A stretch of DNA of 62,917 nt, counting the filler, from Circinaria calcarea (Eukaryota): assembly GCA_051942165.1 (NCBI GenBank). It is 6 parts of 6 records of this genome, joined end to end, with 100 filler letters (N's around TTAATTAATTAA, not from the genome) between each part and the next. Parts side by side here need not be neighbours in the genome. Positions count along the whole stretch, not along the records: positions 1 to 10,421 come from JAVECS010000808.1; positions 10,522 to 20,926 come from JAVECS010000809.1; 4 more parts are not named here. One strand, written 5' to 3'. The position numbers and the translations under genes are program-made. The notes beneath the pieces are model-generated. The model searched no databases, was not told where the DNA came from, and saw only the letters and a program-made list of their open reading frames with translations. Positions 1-12,093 of the stretch are shown piece after piece (position 1 is the stretch's first letter; each line of letters starts with the position of its first letter).

Positions 1-1344
1 CGTGGTTCCAACATGGCTGGTCGAAATGACTGTGGGCGAATAGGGATCTTTTATTGTACATACTCACACCAACATTTTCTTGTTCTGTTCTCAAAAGGTC
101 GATGAGAATGTTTATTGACGTAACGCCTAGTATAGATCAAAAAGGCCTCTGCCTTATAGACCTCTCACAGCACTCAAATTGATTCGCCTCCGGCAACTGC
201 TTTTGCGGTTGCTCTGTCCCAGCACCACCTGCGCAAAGTCCCTAAGACCAGGGACGCATCCACACCGGGCCTACGGTATCAATGTCTCCTAATCACTCAA
301 CATCCCATGTGCCGTATCAGAACAACTTCTTCCAAATAAACTCTGATCTCTGAACGTGCTCCTATCTTCTATCTCCTCTTCGCTCAGCAGTTGAAACAAG
401 CCCTTGAGCTAGGTATTTCCTCCCACATTGTACTAGATGGTGTACCGTAGGCTCAGGTATGAATGCGCCAAACGGAGCCAGAAGGAATATCTGCCCTGGG
501 AACTCCAGACATGACGCCGTTACGCAGTAGTCTCCTAGGGAAGCTTGGCGGGCCGGGACTTTTCTCGTTGGAATTTGAAATTTGCGGAGGTGTCCTTGGG
601 TCTTTTCAGTCTATTACTTTGTTAAAATGTTGTGGCGTTGACTTTGGCGTTCTTTTTGCGAGTACTGGGACGGTCCCGTCTGCGATCCTGTCGATTACGT
701 TGGGAACACCTTCAGAGCGGTCAGGTTGCCGGTTGCCGTGCCAGATGACTCAACCATCCTCCCTCTGTTTGTGGATTCCGGTCTTACATTCGATTGGGTT
801 ACTTGGTGCAGTTGACAACCAGCCAACGGCCTCATACTTTCCACGATCCTCTACGGCGACTCTACACCTCGTAGCCCAACCCAACTTTCTGGATTGTCTT
901 TGGGAAAGCCCCTTTGTCCTCAGCAGCGTACTAGAACTCGAGGTATCAAGGTGACGCGCTTGCAGAGCCTAGGGTAGCCCCCGAAGTAAAAATTATCCTG
1001 CTCAGTGTGGTCGATACGGAAGCTCAGTCTGCTACAATGGATAGATGGTTTATTAAGGCACAGGGAGCTGAGATTTCCGACAGGGTGAACCGAGAATGAA
1101 CATATCGCGGCCGCAGTGGGTTTAGCTGGGTCGAGGTGCTTTCGGGTAGGCTGGGAGGCTGGCTACTCTGATATGGCGGGAAGTGATTGGTGCGATAGTA
1201 GTAGTTGATGATCTAGGATTAGCACTTTGCTGCCATCATTGCTAGCACGCTTTCAAGGGACTGATTTAAACTTCAAGCATTCGGTAGCTCAGGTACCTTA
1301 CCTAGAGACGCCTGGCGTGGAATACGTGTTACGTTTGCCTCCTC

Positions 1345-1563
1345 CACGTTTACGACTACCTGAATGGCGGCTCAGGTGGATGCTTTAGCGAGCAGACCAG
1401 AACGTGTCGGCAGCCTCGATTCTGATTGGTGGCTTTTCACTTCATGTATTCATCCCCTCGAAATGTATCTGAACCGCAACGATAGAGAGCATGTGCTCAG
1501 TGTGCGGGGGAGACTCGCTTTCCATGCGAAAAGTCAAGGACCGCGCAGTAACTCGATCACGTG
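1345..1563. promoter_or_regulatory. Candidate Pho4/NUC-1 (bHLH) binding sites upstream of PHO81/nuc-2
   Basis: CACGTT at 1345-1350, AACGTG (reverse-strand CACGTT) at 1401-1406 and CACGTG at 1558-1563, about 310-530 nt upstream of the inferred start. CACGTK is the established Pho4 site; function here is inferred. Confidence 0.5.
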
Positions 1564-1875
1564 CAGAACGTTCCATATCGCGCCGCCTTACCTTATCGGT
1601 CGATTGGCGGTTGCAGAAGTTCCGAATTGATATCCCTTAGTAAGGTCGATGCTCGACATAAAGCACTACAGCCTGACTAGATACCGTACCTCATTCCCGT
1701 CACAACATGTCCCACAGCAGTAGTGGCTCAGGGCGGATTGTTCCTCTCCAATAGCCGAGGGCCCTACTCCAGGAACCCTTTCTCCTTCTCCTCTTGACTC
1801 CACTTGCACTTTTGTCTCCCTTCCTTCCTGCAGGAAGCCTGTTGAAGGGCTTCGCAGACCCCATCATCTTCTGAA

Positions 1876-4800
1876 ATGTGGGTACCGACCTCTCCTGCGG
1901 GTATGCTCTTTTAGTTCCCAGCACACTCTCTTTTACCTGGTGCGAAATGATCTCCATCAAGCCTGACGCGGATATCCGGGATGCAGGAAGTTTGGGAAAC
2001 ATCTCCAGAAACGTCAATTGGATATACCAGAATACGCCGCAAGCTTTGTCAACTACAAGGCTCTCAAAAAGGTGCCTTGGAGATCTTCACTGCGTCAGGA
2101 CTGGAGACTGATCCCTGAACCAGCTCATCAAGCAGCTGTCCGCCACCCCGATCCTCTCTGCCCAGAATGCCTCACAACCGCCACATGAGGTCCTTGATCC
2201 CCAGACATCACTACAGGCTAACAAGGCAACCTTCTTCTTCAGATTGGTACATTGGCGCCACCGTTGCCCTGGGAACTTGTCGGGCTGACCCTTTTGTCCA
2301 GGAGCGCGAGCTGGAGAAGGTTAATGCCTTCTATCTGCAGAAGGAGGCCGAGGTTCGATGACACTCGTGCTGGTTGGTGGGCAAACTCTGACGGGACGAC
2401 AGCTCAAGCTCCGCCTCAAGACCCTCCTCGACAAGAAAAGGGTAATGCAATCGCGAAGCGCGCATACGTCCAAGATCTCGGCAATCTTTATCACGCTTGA
2501 AGAGGGCTTTCAACAGTTTGGAAACGACCTCAATAAGTTGCAAGTGAGACTAGCCCTCCACGATCCGGATATCGATTTGATCCTGACAGTCGTTAGCAAT
2601 TCGTCGAGATCAACGCGACTGCTTTCTCCAAGATCCTGAAGAAGGTGTGCAAAGGTACGCTATCAAGACTAGACTAGAGCGCTGACAGAATTCAGTGGGA
2701 CAAAACGTCAAAGGTCCAAGTTTTACGACTCTTATCCAGCCGCTTCGGCTGACCCCAATAATAGTCCAAGACCAAGGAACTCTACCTGTCCCGCGCCGTT
2801 GAGGTTCAGCCATGTTTCAACCGGGAGGTAATTAGTGATCTGTCCGATCAAGCTACGACGAGTCTTCTGGAATTAGGCGCTTGGGCTGAAGGGGAGAAGG
2901 TGCAATATGATTCCAGTAGACCTGCGGATCATACGGTCAGCGGTCAGTCCGTCGGAACGGATGAGAGTGATGCTGACTCGCAGCTTCTTCAAGCTGCAAC
3001 TACCGGCAATCTTGCGTTGCTTGCAGAATGGATTGCAAGGCTTGGTGGATCACCTGATGCCAGAACAAGGTTTACCAGAGCCTTCCTCGCCTCGATCACC
3101 GAGGCATCGGTCGAGGCGCTGCTCCTTTTATTGGACACCAATATGGTCGACGTGCACGCCGAAGATGAGATTAATGAACGGAATTGCTTGCACGAGGCGG
3201 CAATTTCCGGTCGGGAGTCCATTCTAGAGATCGGCCTATCCCGCGGTGTTGATGTGGCGAGGGCAGATGTATATGGGCGGATTCCTCTGCATTATGCCTG
3301 CATGCATGGTAAGGTCGGCATGATTGGGGCTTTGCTGCAAAGGGATTCACGAACCATCAACAGTCTAGATCATGACAATTTTACACCTCTTATACACGGC
3401 GTTGTCCGTCATCAGCTGGACTGTGTTCAAGAGCTTCTTTCTCATGGCGCACGAATTGATCCTGAGACTGACGCCGACCATGTCCCTCTCAATCTCGCCT
3501 GTCAGTTCGGCTCCGTGGCGATTACGGAATTACTCCTTAAGAGACAAGCCAAAATAGTTCCAGATGCTGAGGGCCTATACCCTCAGCATTTGGTAGCTCG
3601 CACGGGAAGGACTCCTGAAACGTTGTTGATGCTGGAGCGCTACGGGGCAGACCTGGATCAGTGCGACAAGCTGTACCAATGGACTCCGCTTTTTCACGCA
3701 GCGAGTGAAGGCTGGGTGGACTGCATGAAAGTCTTGTTGGAGAGACATGTTGACGTAAGTATCCTTGATGAGAAGGGGTTACCTGCCATGTACTACGCTA
3801 CATGGGAAGGTCATCTGGAGTGTATGAAACTTCTGGGCTTAAGCAGTGGCGAACCTGGACTCATTCAACCTTCGGCCACCACCCATTGCATAGGCTTTTC
3901 TCTCCCAACAAGCACTGCCCCCCTTCCGACTGGGGCAGATGCGGATGGTATACCGAATCTATCACTCCCACCACCAATAATACCCCTGCGCCGATACGGT
4001 CATAACTTTCTTGATACCAAGGCCTTCGTCCAGATAAGTTTCGAAGAAGCCGGTTCCGATGCCATTGTCTTCTATCATGATAGCAAGTACCCTGCCGCTC
4101 GACTTACAATCTCTTCGAAGTCGTCTGATCTCATACCGCGTAACATCATGTTACCCATACAAGAAGATTCTAAAATCGTTTCATTTCAGATCGACAACCT
4201 TGATTCCTTCGCCGTTGACTTTGATATCTTTCCCACCTTCGGAACGAAGATAATTGCGAAAAGCGTCGCTTTACCTAATATCTTCAGCGCTGTTGCGAGC
4301 AGTTTGGGGCACTGCTGTCTTCCTCTATTCGACCCTCGGTTACGGGCCATCGGCCAGATTAGTTTTAATTTCCAAGTTATCAAGCCTTTTCATGGGATCC
4401 CCTTGGAAATCACACAATTTGCTACTTACTGGAAAGCCACTAGTCAGCTCGAATCTCACACTAACGCTTTTATTACCGGATCAAGTCTATCGGGAGAATA
4501 CGCTCAACTGTTCGTGCAGTTAACCAGCGACGGGGTGCCGGTACTATATCCCTATTGGCTCATAAATCATCATGGCATCGACTTCCCTGTCGGGAGACTC
4601 AGCCTTGAGCAATTCTTTTTATTGGGCGGTGATAGAGGCCAAAGGATCGACGTGTTGTCTCGGATATCAGGAGTAGTCAACGAAAATATAAGCGAGATCC
4701 ATCGACTGTTGGCCATTTCTTTGGTTAGTCTAAAAGACGTGCTTGCCCATCTGCCCACAAGTATACATGTCAATATCCATGTCCTCTACCCTTCTGCAAA

Positions 4801-5449
4801 TGATGAGCAGATGCTAGGGCTTAGTCCTACCCTCAACATCAATAACTTTGCAGATGCTATACTGAAGGTTGTCTTCGATCACGCACGTGTTACTAGGGAA
4901 CAAACGCCTGACTTTATGAGATCTATTGTATTCACTTCGTATAATCTGGATATCTGTACAGCACTGAACTGGAAGCAACCGAATTGTGGGTTTCCCTGGT
5001 CTGGTTGGGATAGTTTGTCAACTAATCATAATCTAGACCCTGTGATTCTATGCAATGATCTAGGCGCGAGGACGAGTAAATCAGACCCCACGAACGCGTT
5101 CATCAAAAGCAGCGGACATAGCTCGATTTCGGTCAAGGAAGCCGTCCGCATCGCGCAGAGCAACAATTTTATGGGCTTAATGTGTACATCAGAGTTGCTG
5201 GTATGTCATCTGGTGTCTTGGTTTCCACATGCATCCGCCGAGACTGACATGATTGGATAGGGAATGGTACCTGCCCTTATCGAGTCTATCAAAGTGGCCG
5301 GATTAGTCCTGGTTGCAGACTCGACTCAGGATCCTACTGATTCAAGTCAACGGAATGTCACTGCTCGCTCATATCGTATGCCCGAGGGCATTGATGGCAT
5401 ATTGAAGGGAAACGGGATTCTTCGGTTCAATGAAAGTATTGACATGTGA
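1876..5449 (+). CDS. PHO81: SPX-ankyrin-GDPD cyclin-dependent kinase inhibitor of the PHO pathway (Pho81/NUC-2), multi-exon
   Basis: SPX N-terminus (M)KFGKHLQKRQLDIPEYAASFVNYKALKK from 1987, then ERELEKVNAFYLQKEAE. Ankyrin repeats in ORF 2900-5260 (GRIPLHYAC, FTPLIHGV, WTPLFHAA), LPPPIIPLRRYGHNFLD motif and a degenerate GDPD tail ending NESIDM*. The start codon appears split AT|intron|G. Confidence 0.93.
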
Positions 5450-5997
5450 TACCTATTCTGGCATTTTCTCCTCTGGTTTTGGTGTCATTGCATCGAAATT
5501 TAGGGTCGCATCGAGAGCCGCTGCCTGGTCGATGTAAGACCTTTCAGCAGTACAAAGGGCTGAAACTACCATATTGGTTGGATATAAATTAGATACCTCA
5601 ACCCAATATGGATTGGATCACGATAGTAAAGAACCACCAATAGATAAAAGCAGTAGGAATAATAGTCCCTACAGCACCCTTTGCTACAACATTCTTTGAA
5701 AAGGTAAGCTTAGTGTGTGCCATCGGTGAGTATCCGATCGAACATACATAGGAATTATCTGTCGCCATAGGTAGTGAGACTCCTACGATAATGATACGGG
5801 CGCCACAGTGGTAAACAAAGACCCGGCCGATCCCCCGTTTCGTTAGCGTGAACTTCCATCAAAACGTCATTCCGCATGTCGTGCCCCAGCTGACAGTAAA
5901 TCATCTGCAACAGTGCACGATACCTTCCGACTTTCTACGAGTATATGTACTCAACCACAAATCCTTCAACAATCCAGCTCATTCATCCTTCGCGACC

Positions 5998-6567
5998 ATG
6001 CCCCGCTCTGCTTCCTCCACACACCGATCACTAGCTACGGCATCGACTACTACGACCACCCAAACCGAATCCACTCCTCCTCCGGTCCAACAGCGAACGC
6101 TTACCCCATCCGGTACATTACGATTACGAGGTGCTTCTGCGCAGAGACGGAGTATTAGATGGGCGGAAGATGTAGTGGATAACGAGGGTTTAGGAAGGAA
6201 GAAGTCGAAGGGTGAGTCTCCAACCGTAAAATCAAGCGCATAAGCATAAGCTGACTTCGTATCACACCGCATAGTGTGCTGCATCTATCATAAAGCCCGT
6301 GAAGTAGGAGAGTCTTCTTCAGAGGACGATTCCGATACTTCGTCTTCGTCGGACGATGGAAGTACGGGCGATAGTGAACCGGATAGCAGTAGAGCGAGGA
6401 CGGGTGGAAAAGGGAAGAAGAGGCGGCAGCATGGTCATAGTCATGATCATGGGGATGACGGAGCGCAGCGGGCATGTCGGGTAGACGGGAAAGGAGGAGG
6501 GAAGAAGACAAGTCCGAATGCTTATGAGAAGATGCCGAAGCGTGGGGCAACTCAGGTGGTGACATGA
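5998..6567 (+). CDS. YPI1: Protein phosphatase 1 inhibitor-3 (Ypi1/PPP1R11), 2 exons
   Basis: GTLRLRG ... [21 protein letters not shown] | intron 6212-6273 | VCCIYHK, acidic Ser-rich stretch, C-terminal [10 protein letters not shown]. Confidence 0.92.
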
Positions 6568-7554
6568 CTGGGAGCGATCTTGGCGGTCTCACGGACAAGT
6601 CGGACGGGAAGACTAAGCAAAGACTCTAACGGGTAGGAAGGTACTCATCGATAGTTGACCTCCTTTTCCGACAACAAGCGCGAAATGAAGCAGCTGCTAT
6701 TTCAAATACCTATTATCCTGCGTTTTGGTCAAAATCGAGATCGGAGAGCAGCAAGCGCAGAGACTCGAGACCTTCAGTTGAAGCATTGTCTTTGACGAAC
6801 CGTTCTACCTTTTTGGGATGACTATCAGCCGCCTCGAGCATGCTAGCACTGGCACTTTTGTTCCATCAAGACTGATCGAAAACTTGATTCCCTCGCGACA
6901 TCCAGTCTCCTACACACTATCCCTCAGCCATTTTCTTGAATGGGGACACCGTTGGAGTATGGCACCGGAAACACGCCCGCTCCTCAGTATGGCTGTTATC
7001 TGGGTTGAGCCTTCCTCTCCCACTACAGCACCGCTAGTAACTAGATCCTATTCCCTATCCTTTGCTATTTTATCCCGTAAACTAAGCCTGAGAGAGAATC
7101 AAATAGGCGAGCACTTATATTACAAAGCAGACTTGGGATTAGATTTAGGTCCCATCCGGGCAGTGCAATTAAGCTGTGGGCCAGTGGCTTAAAGGGATTA
7201 AGGAGCAGCACATTCATCTAAACCCATACTTGGGTGTACGGGTGGACTGGACAGTAGACTTTTGGGAATATCGCTCTCAGGCGCTGAGAAATTTTTTCTA
7301 CAACGTTCAAGCAAACATGGAGGTTCAAACTAGGCTGAGAATAAGTAAATTGTACCGAATCAGGAATCCCTTTCGTGGTTTCAGTACGACTATCACATCG
7401 GTTCCTACACTTAAGTGGAGGGGGGAACTGAATGATGGGTAAAGATACCAAGTAAAAGGCTGAAGAGAACGGCAATTCCTTTCGCGATGTTTCAGGGAGG
7501 TCGTTCAGTTGCTTGCAAGTTCCCTCGCAGCGTGAAGTTGTAGCGCGACGTGTG

Positions 7555-7590
7555 TTAGCGTGATAGGATTAGCGTGATAGGATTAGCGTG
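7555..7590 (+). repeat. Tandem 14-bp repeat TTAGCGTGATAGGA (~2.5 copies), with a further TTAGCGTGAT at ~7604
   Basis: ttagcgtgatagga-ttagcgtgatagga-ttagcgtg read directly, about 215 nt upstream of the ATG at 7805. Confidence 0.8.
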
Positions 7591-7804
7591 GTGTTTGGAA
7601 TGGTTAGCGTGATGATTGCAGTGTTTACAATTTGACACGGCAACAATCGCAAACCTCCACACCCCTCCAACCAAAGATCTCATAGATTAACAACTTTTAT
7701 AAGTACACAAGCAGCTGGCATCTTGAGTTCCTTACTCCCAATCCTACCTTACTTTCCCCCAATATATCTTGCCTTATTACAAAGACAGATTCTAACTTGC
7801 TGAT

Positions 7805-9689
7805 ATGCCTCGCGTTACACGCGCCGCGCTGCGCTCCCATGCAATCATGGAAGACGAGTACAATCTTGCTGCAGCAATCCCATTACCCTCGACACCACAA
7901 AAGGAGCGGGCTCCACTGGGAGAAATCACAAACAACGTGCAAGAAGACGTCATCAGTCTGACTCAAGTAGACTTCGAAGCGAAACCTACGAAGAAGGCAA
8001 GTACGAGGGGCAGAAAAGCCAAAGCTTCGAAGAAAGGCAAGAAAGGTACCCAACCTAAAAACGAGGAAGGCTCGGAAGTGCTGGAAGATGAGAACCAAAG
8101 CGATGCTAGTTCAGCCGTTGAAGAAGCTTGCTTAGAGTTAATGAAGGGAGGAACAGGAGGTGAGCCCCACTCTGCTTGGACCTTTTCCACACGCGCAGAC
8201 TAATACGCGCATCCCAGAGATTGTTCAAGTTCCAATGCACGACCTCATTCCAAACTCTCCTCCTTCCAAAGCTGTACAAGCTGCACGAAAGCAGCTGACG
8301 CCAAAAATGCCAACAACATCTTCCTCCCCTAATGTACATCCGTTGAACGAGAGAGACGTGCAAGCACAGAAAGAAAACATGGACTCTTCATTGAAAGCCA
8401 TTGAGTCTCCTACACCAGCGAAAGGGATCGCAGTTGATATCATCGACGAGGGTAAAGACAAATATGCCAGTGGTGAACAGCTGAATGAGATCAAGGACGA
8501 TTCCTTCGTGAAGCAAATCATCACGAGAACGCCACTTAAGCCTGTGAACCGTATCGAGGACTCCGTGGAAGCCATTGATGCTCTAGAAGATGCTATTGAG
8601 AAAGTCGGAGAATCTCTGCCTGATCTGAAAACTGCACTCGTGTCGCCTATCAAGTCCCAGAAGGTGAGGAAAGCTCCTCTCAGAGGCGTCCAGGCAGCAA
8701 AGAAGGTAGTACCCAACAACACCGGTAAAGCGTCATCAACCACCAGAACTAGCATCAGCCATAAGACGCCTATCAAACCGTCATCATCCAAAGTGGCTCC
8801 TGCAACTGGCACCAAGACTCAGGCTTTCAGACCCAATCCCACCAAGAAATCACCTCCACCCAAGGGTAGTCAATTCACAAAGGATCGCGTCATGCCGACT
8901 ATCCTCGACAATGCTTCTTCAGCAACCAAACCCGTTCGTGTCTCGTCCATCACCAAAGCTCCCTTTCAGCCGGCCAAATCGACCAAACCCCCTACGCGTT
9001 CCACATTCACACTCCCCGGTGAAGCCATTGCTCAAAAGTTGAAGCTCCAACGTGAAGAACGTCTCAAGCACGAAGAAGAAGAAAATGCGAAGACGACGAC
9101 TTTCAAAGCTCGGCCGGTTCCAGCAAGGTTAAGCATGGCACCGACTGTCAAGAGTACCCTGGCGAGCAAGGCGAGGATGAGCCTGGCTCAAGGTGAGAAA
9201 CTCGGCAGCGAGTTGGGACGGAAGAGTAGCGGTCCTGTTGTCCGATCAGCAGGACGAGTCTCCAGTGTAAGCTCAACCAAAGCAAACGTCAACGGGCCCA
9301 GCGCCACATCAGACGCTGCCACCAAGCGCCGCGTAACCATGTCCGTCCTCGGCAGCAACAAACTCTCTCCCTCTACGACCACCACCTCTTCCACACCGAG
9401 CACGCGCAAGCCGTCTATTTCCCAGGCTCCTTTTTCTTCGCGTACCTCCGTCCTCCCTGCGGAAGCCAAGACTCTGACGCTGAAAGGGAAAGAAGTGTTT
9501 AATCGCGGCAAGATGGAGGTAGAAGAGAGGGAGCGGGCGAAGAGGGAGAAGGAAGAGAAGGCGAGGCAGGCGAGGAAGGAGGCGGCGGAAAGGGGTAGGG
9601 CGGCGAGTCGGGAGTGGGCGGAGAGGAGAAGGAGAAGGAGGGGAAGGTTGGAAAGGGGATGTGAGTGGAAGTCGTCATGTGGGTTTTGA
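7805..9689 (+). CDS. Fungal Lys/Ser/Thr-rich low-complexity protein with C-terminal charged helix; possibly microtubule-associated (TPX2-like)
   Basis: Exon 1 MPRVTRAALRS..RAPLGEITNN, intron ~8160-8218, long exon 2 with RIEDSVEAIDALEDAIE, PTRSTFTLPGEAIAQKLK, FKARPVP, ARKEAAERGRAASREWAE. FKARP resembles TPX2-type motifs (inference). Confidence 0.7.
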
Positions 9690-9988
9690 TGGGCGTTGCG
9701 GATGCGTGATGATTGGGCGATGGATGAATATGCGGTATGAGTGGTGGAGGTGGAAGAGAAGAGGAAAGGGGGATGGACTGTCTGCTGGCTGAAAACCCCT
9801 GTAGATAGCTGAGACGTTTGGGCCTGAAATTGAAAACGGGGCAACGAATTACGGTTATCTGATCATTCATTTTCAGGTTCGAGTTTCGAGTTTCGAGTTT
9901 CTCCTGAATTGGCGAAGAATTTGCATTACGCTACGGTTCAACTGGTTGGCCACGCATGTATGTTTGTGTACATGTATATATGTAGTGT

Positions 9989-9990
<2 letters not shown>

Positions 9991-10028
<38 letters not shown>
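9991..10028. repeat. (CT)n microsatellite, ~19 units
   Basis: Uninterrupted ctctct run. Confidence 0.97.
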
Positions 10029-10031
<3 letters not shown>

Positions 10032-10421
10032 CGACTACTGTAACTGTATGAAACGAAAGAAAAAACTCCCATGGCCCAATGGTCCAATCGCCCTCTCTCG
10101 TGTGCCATTAATTAATACTCCGTACGTAGATGTGAGTATGTGAGTGTGTGCGATCATTATTATTAAATCCACCCTAACCCGAACCGAGTTCCTTTGATGG
10201 ACATGCACGACTCCCGCATGGGGAGTGCGGAGTGCCGGAAGTCATCGGCCTTCGCCCTTAGTCTATCTATCCATTCCATCCCCCTTCTCCTTCGCCCCCA
10301 GCTTCCACTTGGCCAAATCCTGTGCTTGCTAGTACTGGTTATGTTATGTAACGGAGAGGAGAGGAGAGGAGGATGAGTTCGGGGTTCGGGGGGGTGGTTT
10401 TTCCATCGGCGGGGGTGCAAC

Positions 10422-10521
10422 NNNNNNNNNNNNNNNNNNNNNNNNNNNNNNNNNNNNNNNNNNNNTTAATTAATTAANNNNNNNNNNNNNNNNNNNNNNN
10501 NNNNNNNNNNNNNNNNNNNNN
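10422..10521. other. Artificial contig linker (N44-TTAATTAATTAA-N44)
   Basis: 100-nt spacer whose 12-mer places stop codons in all six frames; identical at five positions. Confidence 0.98.
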
Positions 10522-10590
10522 CCCTCTCATGAAATGAATGTCTGCTATGAATACGAGCTGATGATAAGCGTGTACAATGGTATCCTAATC

Positions 10591-12093
10591 CTAACCATCT
10601 ATCCAACATAACGACCAAGTCTTCTCGCCTCTGCGAAATGGCACAACTTCTATTTTGCCATCTGAAGACGTGATCGACCTCGGTATAGTTTGACCTTGTC
10701 TTTCGAGACGGATCCGTGTTTTAGGTGATTCCGAGTCGACAGAACGAGAGAATGAAGTTGGAATTCTATAGAAGTCCCGTCCATAACGAGAAAGAAAGCC
10801 TTCAATTACCTCTCGCGTAGTCTGTTCTTTCGTAATCCACCCGTAGTGTGTTCCGATCTCCAAGGCATCGAGGACGAAACCAGTAGTCCACCCCATGGAG
10901 AATACGCCAGCTGCACAGTCGCCTCGTTCACCTTCTTTGTTTGTCTTCTTATTTTCGATAGGATGAGGTGCAGAGTCACTACCTTTGCGTCTTTTAGAGT
11001 GGATATATGCACTGAGTGGGCTCACTTACCAAAGAAGAATTTGGATGATCCATCAACGACTGCTTGTACGAGCGCAATACGATCAGCTAGAGTCTACAAG
11101 TCAAGTCAGTACTTGCCAATCAATTTCATCATACGCTGTAAGCACCAAAAGAAAGAAACATGGTTGTGCTGCACGGAGAAAGTACCTTTGGAATAGGCTT
11201 ACAAAAGCTGAAAGCGTCCTTTTCAGCGTCCTCGAACGTGGTCAATAAATGGTGCGGAGTTATTGTCCCTTTCACCTATGCCTAAATCAATGATGGCGGC
11301 TTTTCATAGACTAGCCCGAAGCAAAATTGCCATACCATTGGTCCGCACTGACGAACAGTTTCCAAGCCTTCCCGGGTACTGATGTGTTCGAGAACTATTC
11401 GTAGACTAGGGAACGCCGCATGTATTCTACGAATGACTGGAGTATATTCTGCTTCGGCTCTTAATATCGTGGCGCCTGGTTGTTCTCCATGGACGTTAAG
11501 TATCAAGTCGAAATTTTGCATCGCGTCGAAGACTGGATAGAGCTGCTCAATATCCTTGATTCCATCTTGAGAATTAGTAGTAACCTAGCTTGAGTTAATT
11601 CTGGAGAACGAAAGTGAGCAGGAGTCCTTGAAGTCGTACCCCAGCTGGGTAAAGTTTGATCTAATTCTGGTTAAGAAACAGACCGTTCAATAACGGTAGG
11701 GAAACACTAACCCCGTATACTATTTCTGATCGAGCAGCCTCAGCAATTGTGTCCGGAGTCATACTTGGATGAAGAAAAAGTGACATCAAGAACCTGACCC
11801 CAGGGGCTAGTCGTGTCAGAGTTTCGTGGTAACGGTGGACCTGAAACATCTGTGTAATTGGGGGCTGCAGATTTGGCATGACATAAACAACGTCTGCTCC
11901 ACCAGATCGTATCATAGGGGCAACTAGCTCGCACATGGCCCCATCCCGGAGGTGACAGTGCAAGTCGACCTTTGACAGAATAAAGAATATTAATATGGAC
12001 ATGTTGAAGAAGGCCCGGTTAGAAAACCTGAGACGATGGCCAACTCACTGAAGGCGGTAATTCAAGGTGCGATATCGTTGTCAGGTCCATCAT
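10591..12093 (-). CDS. URA4: Dihydroorotase, multi-exon
   Basis: MMDLTTISHLELPPS | VDLHCHLRDG (HxH metal motif), VYVMPNLQPPI, LNVHGE, LRIVLEHIST, CAAGVF, FLSRYGRDFY, VVPFRRGEKTWSL; GT-AG introns between the listed ORF pieces. Confidence 0.92.

Noticed and set aside
463..954. 163-aa ORF and other short ORFs in 1-1800
   Set aside because: No recognisable domain or splice structure; treated as intergenic or promoter DNA.
10466..10477. TTAATTAATTAA recurring every ~10.5 kb as a biological periodic element
   Set aside because: Always embedded in N44 flanks; an assembly spacer with stops in six frames.
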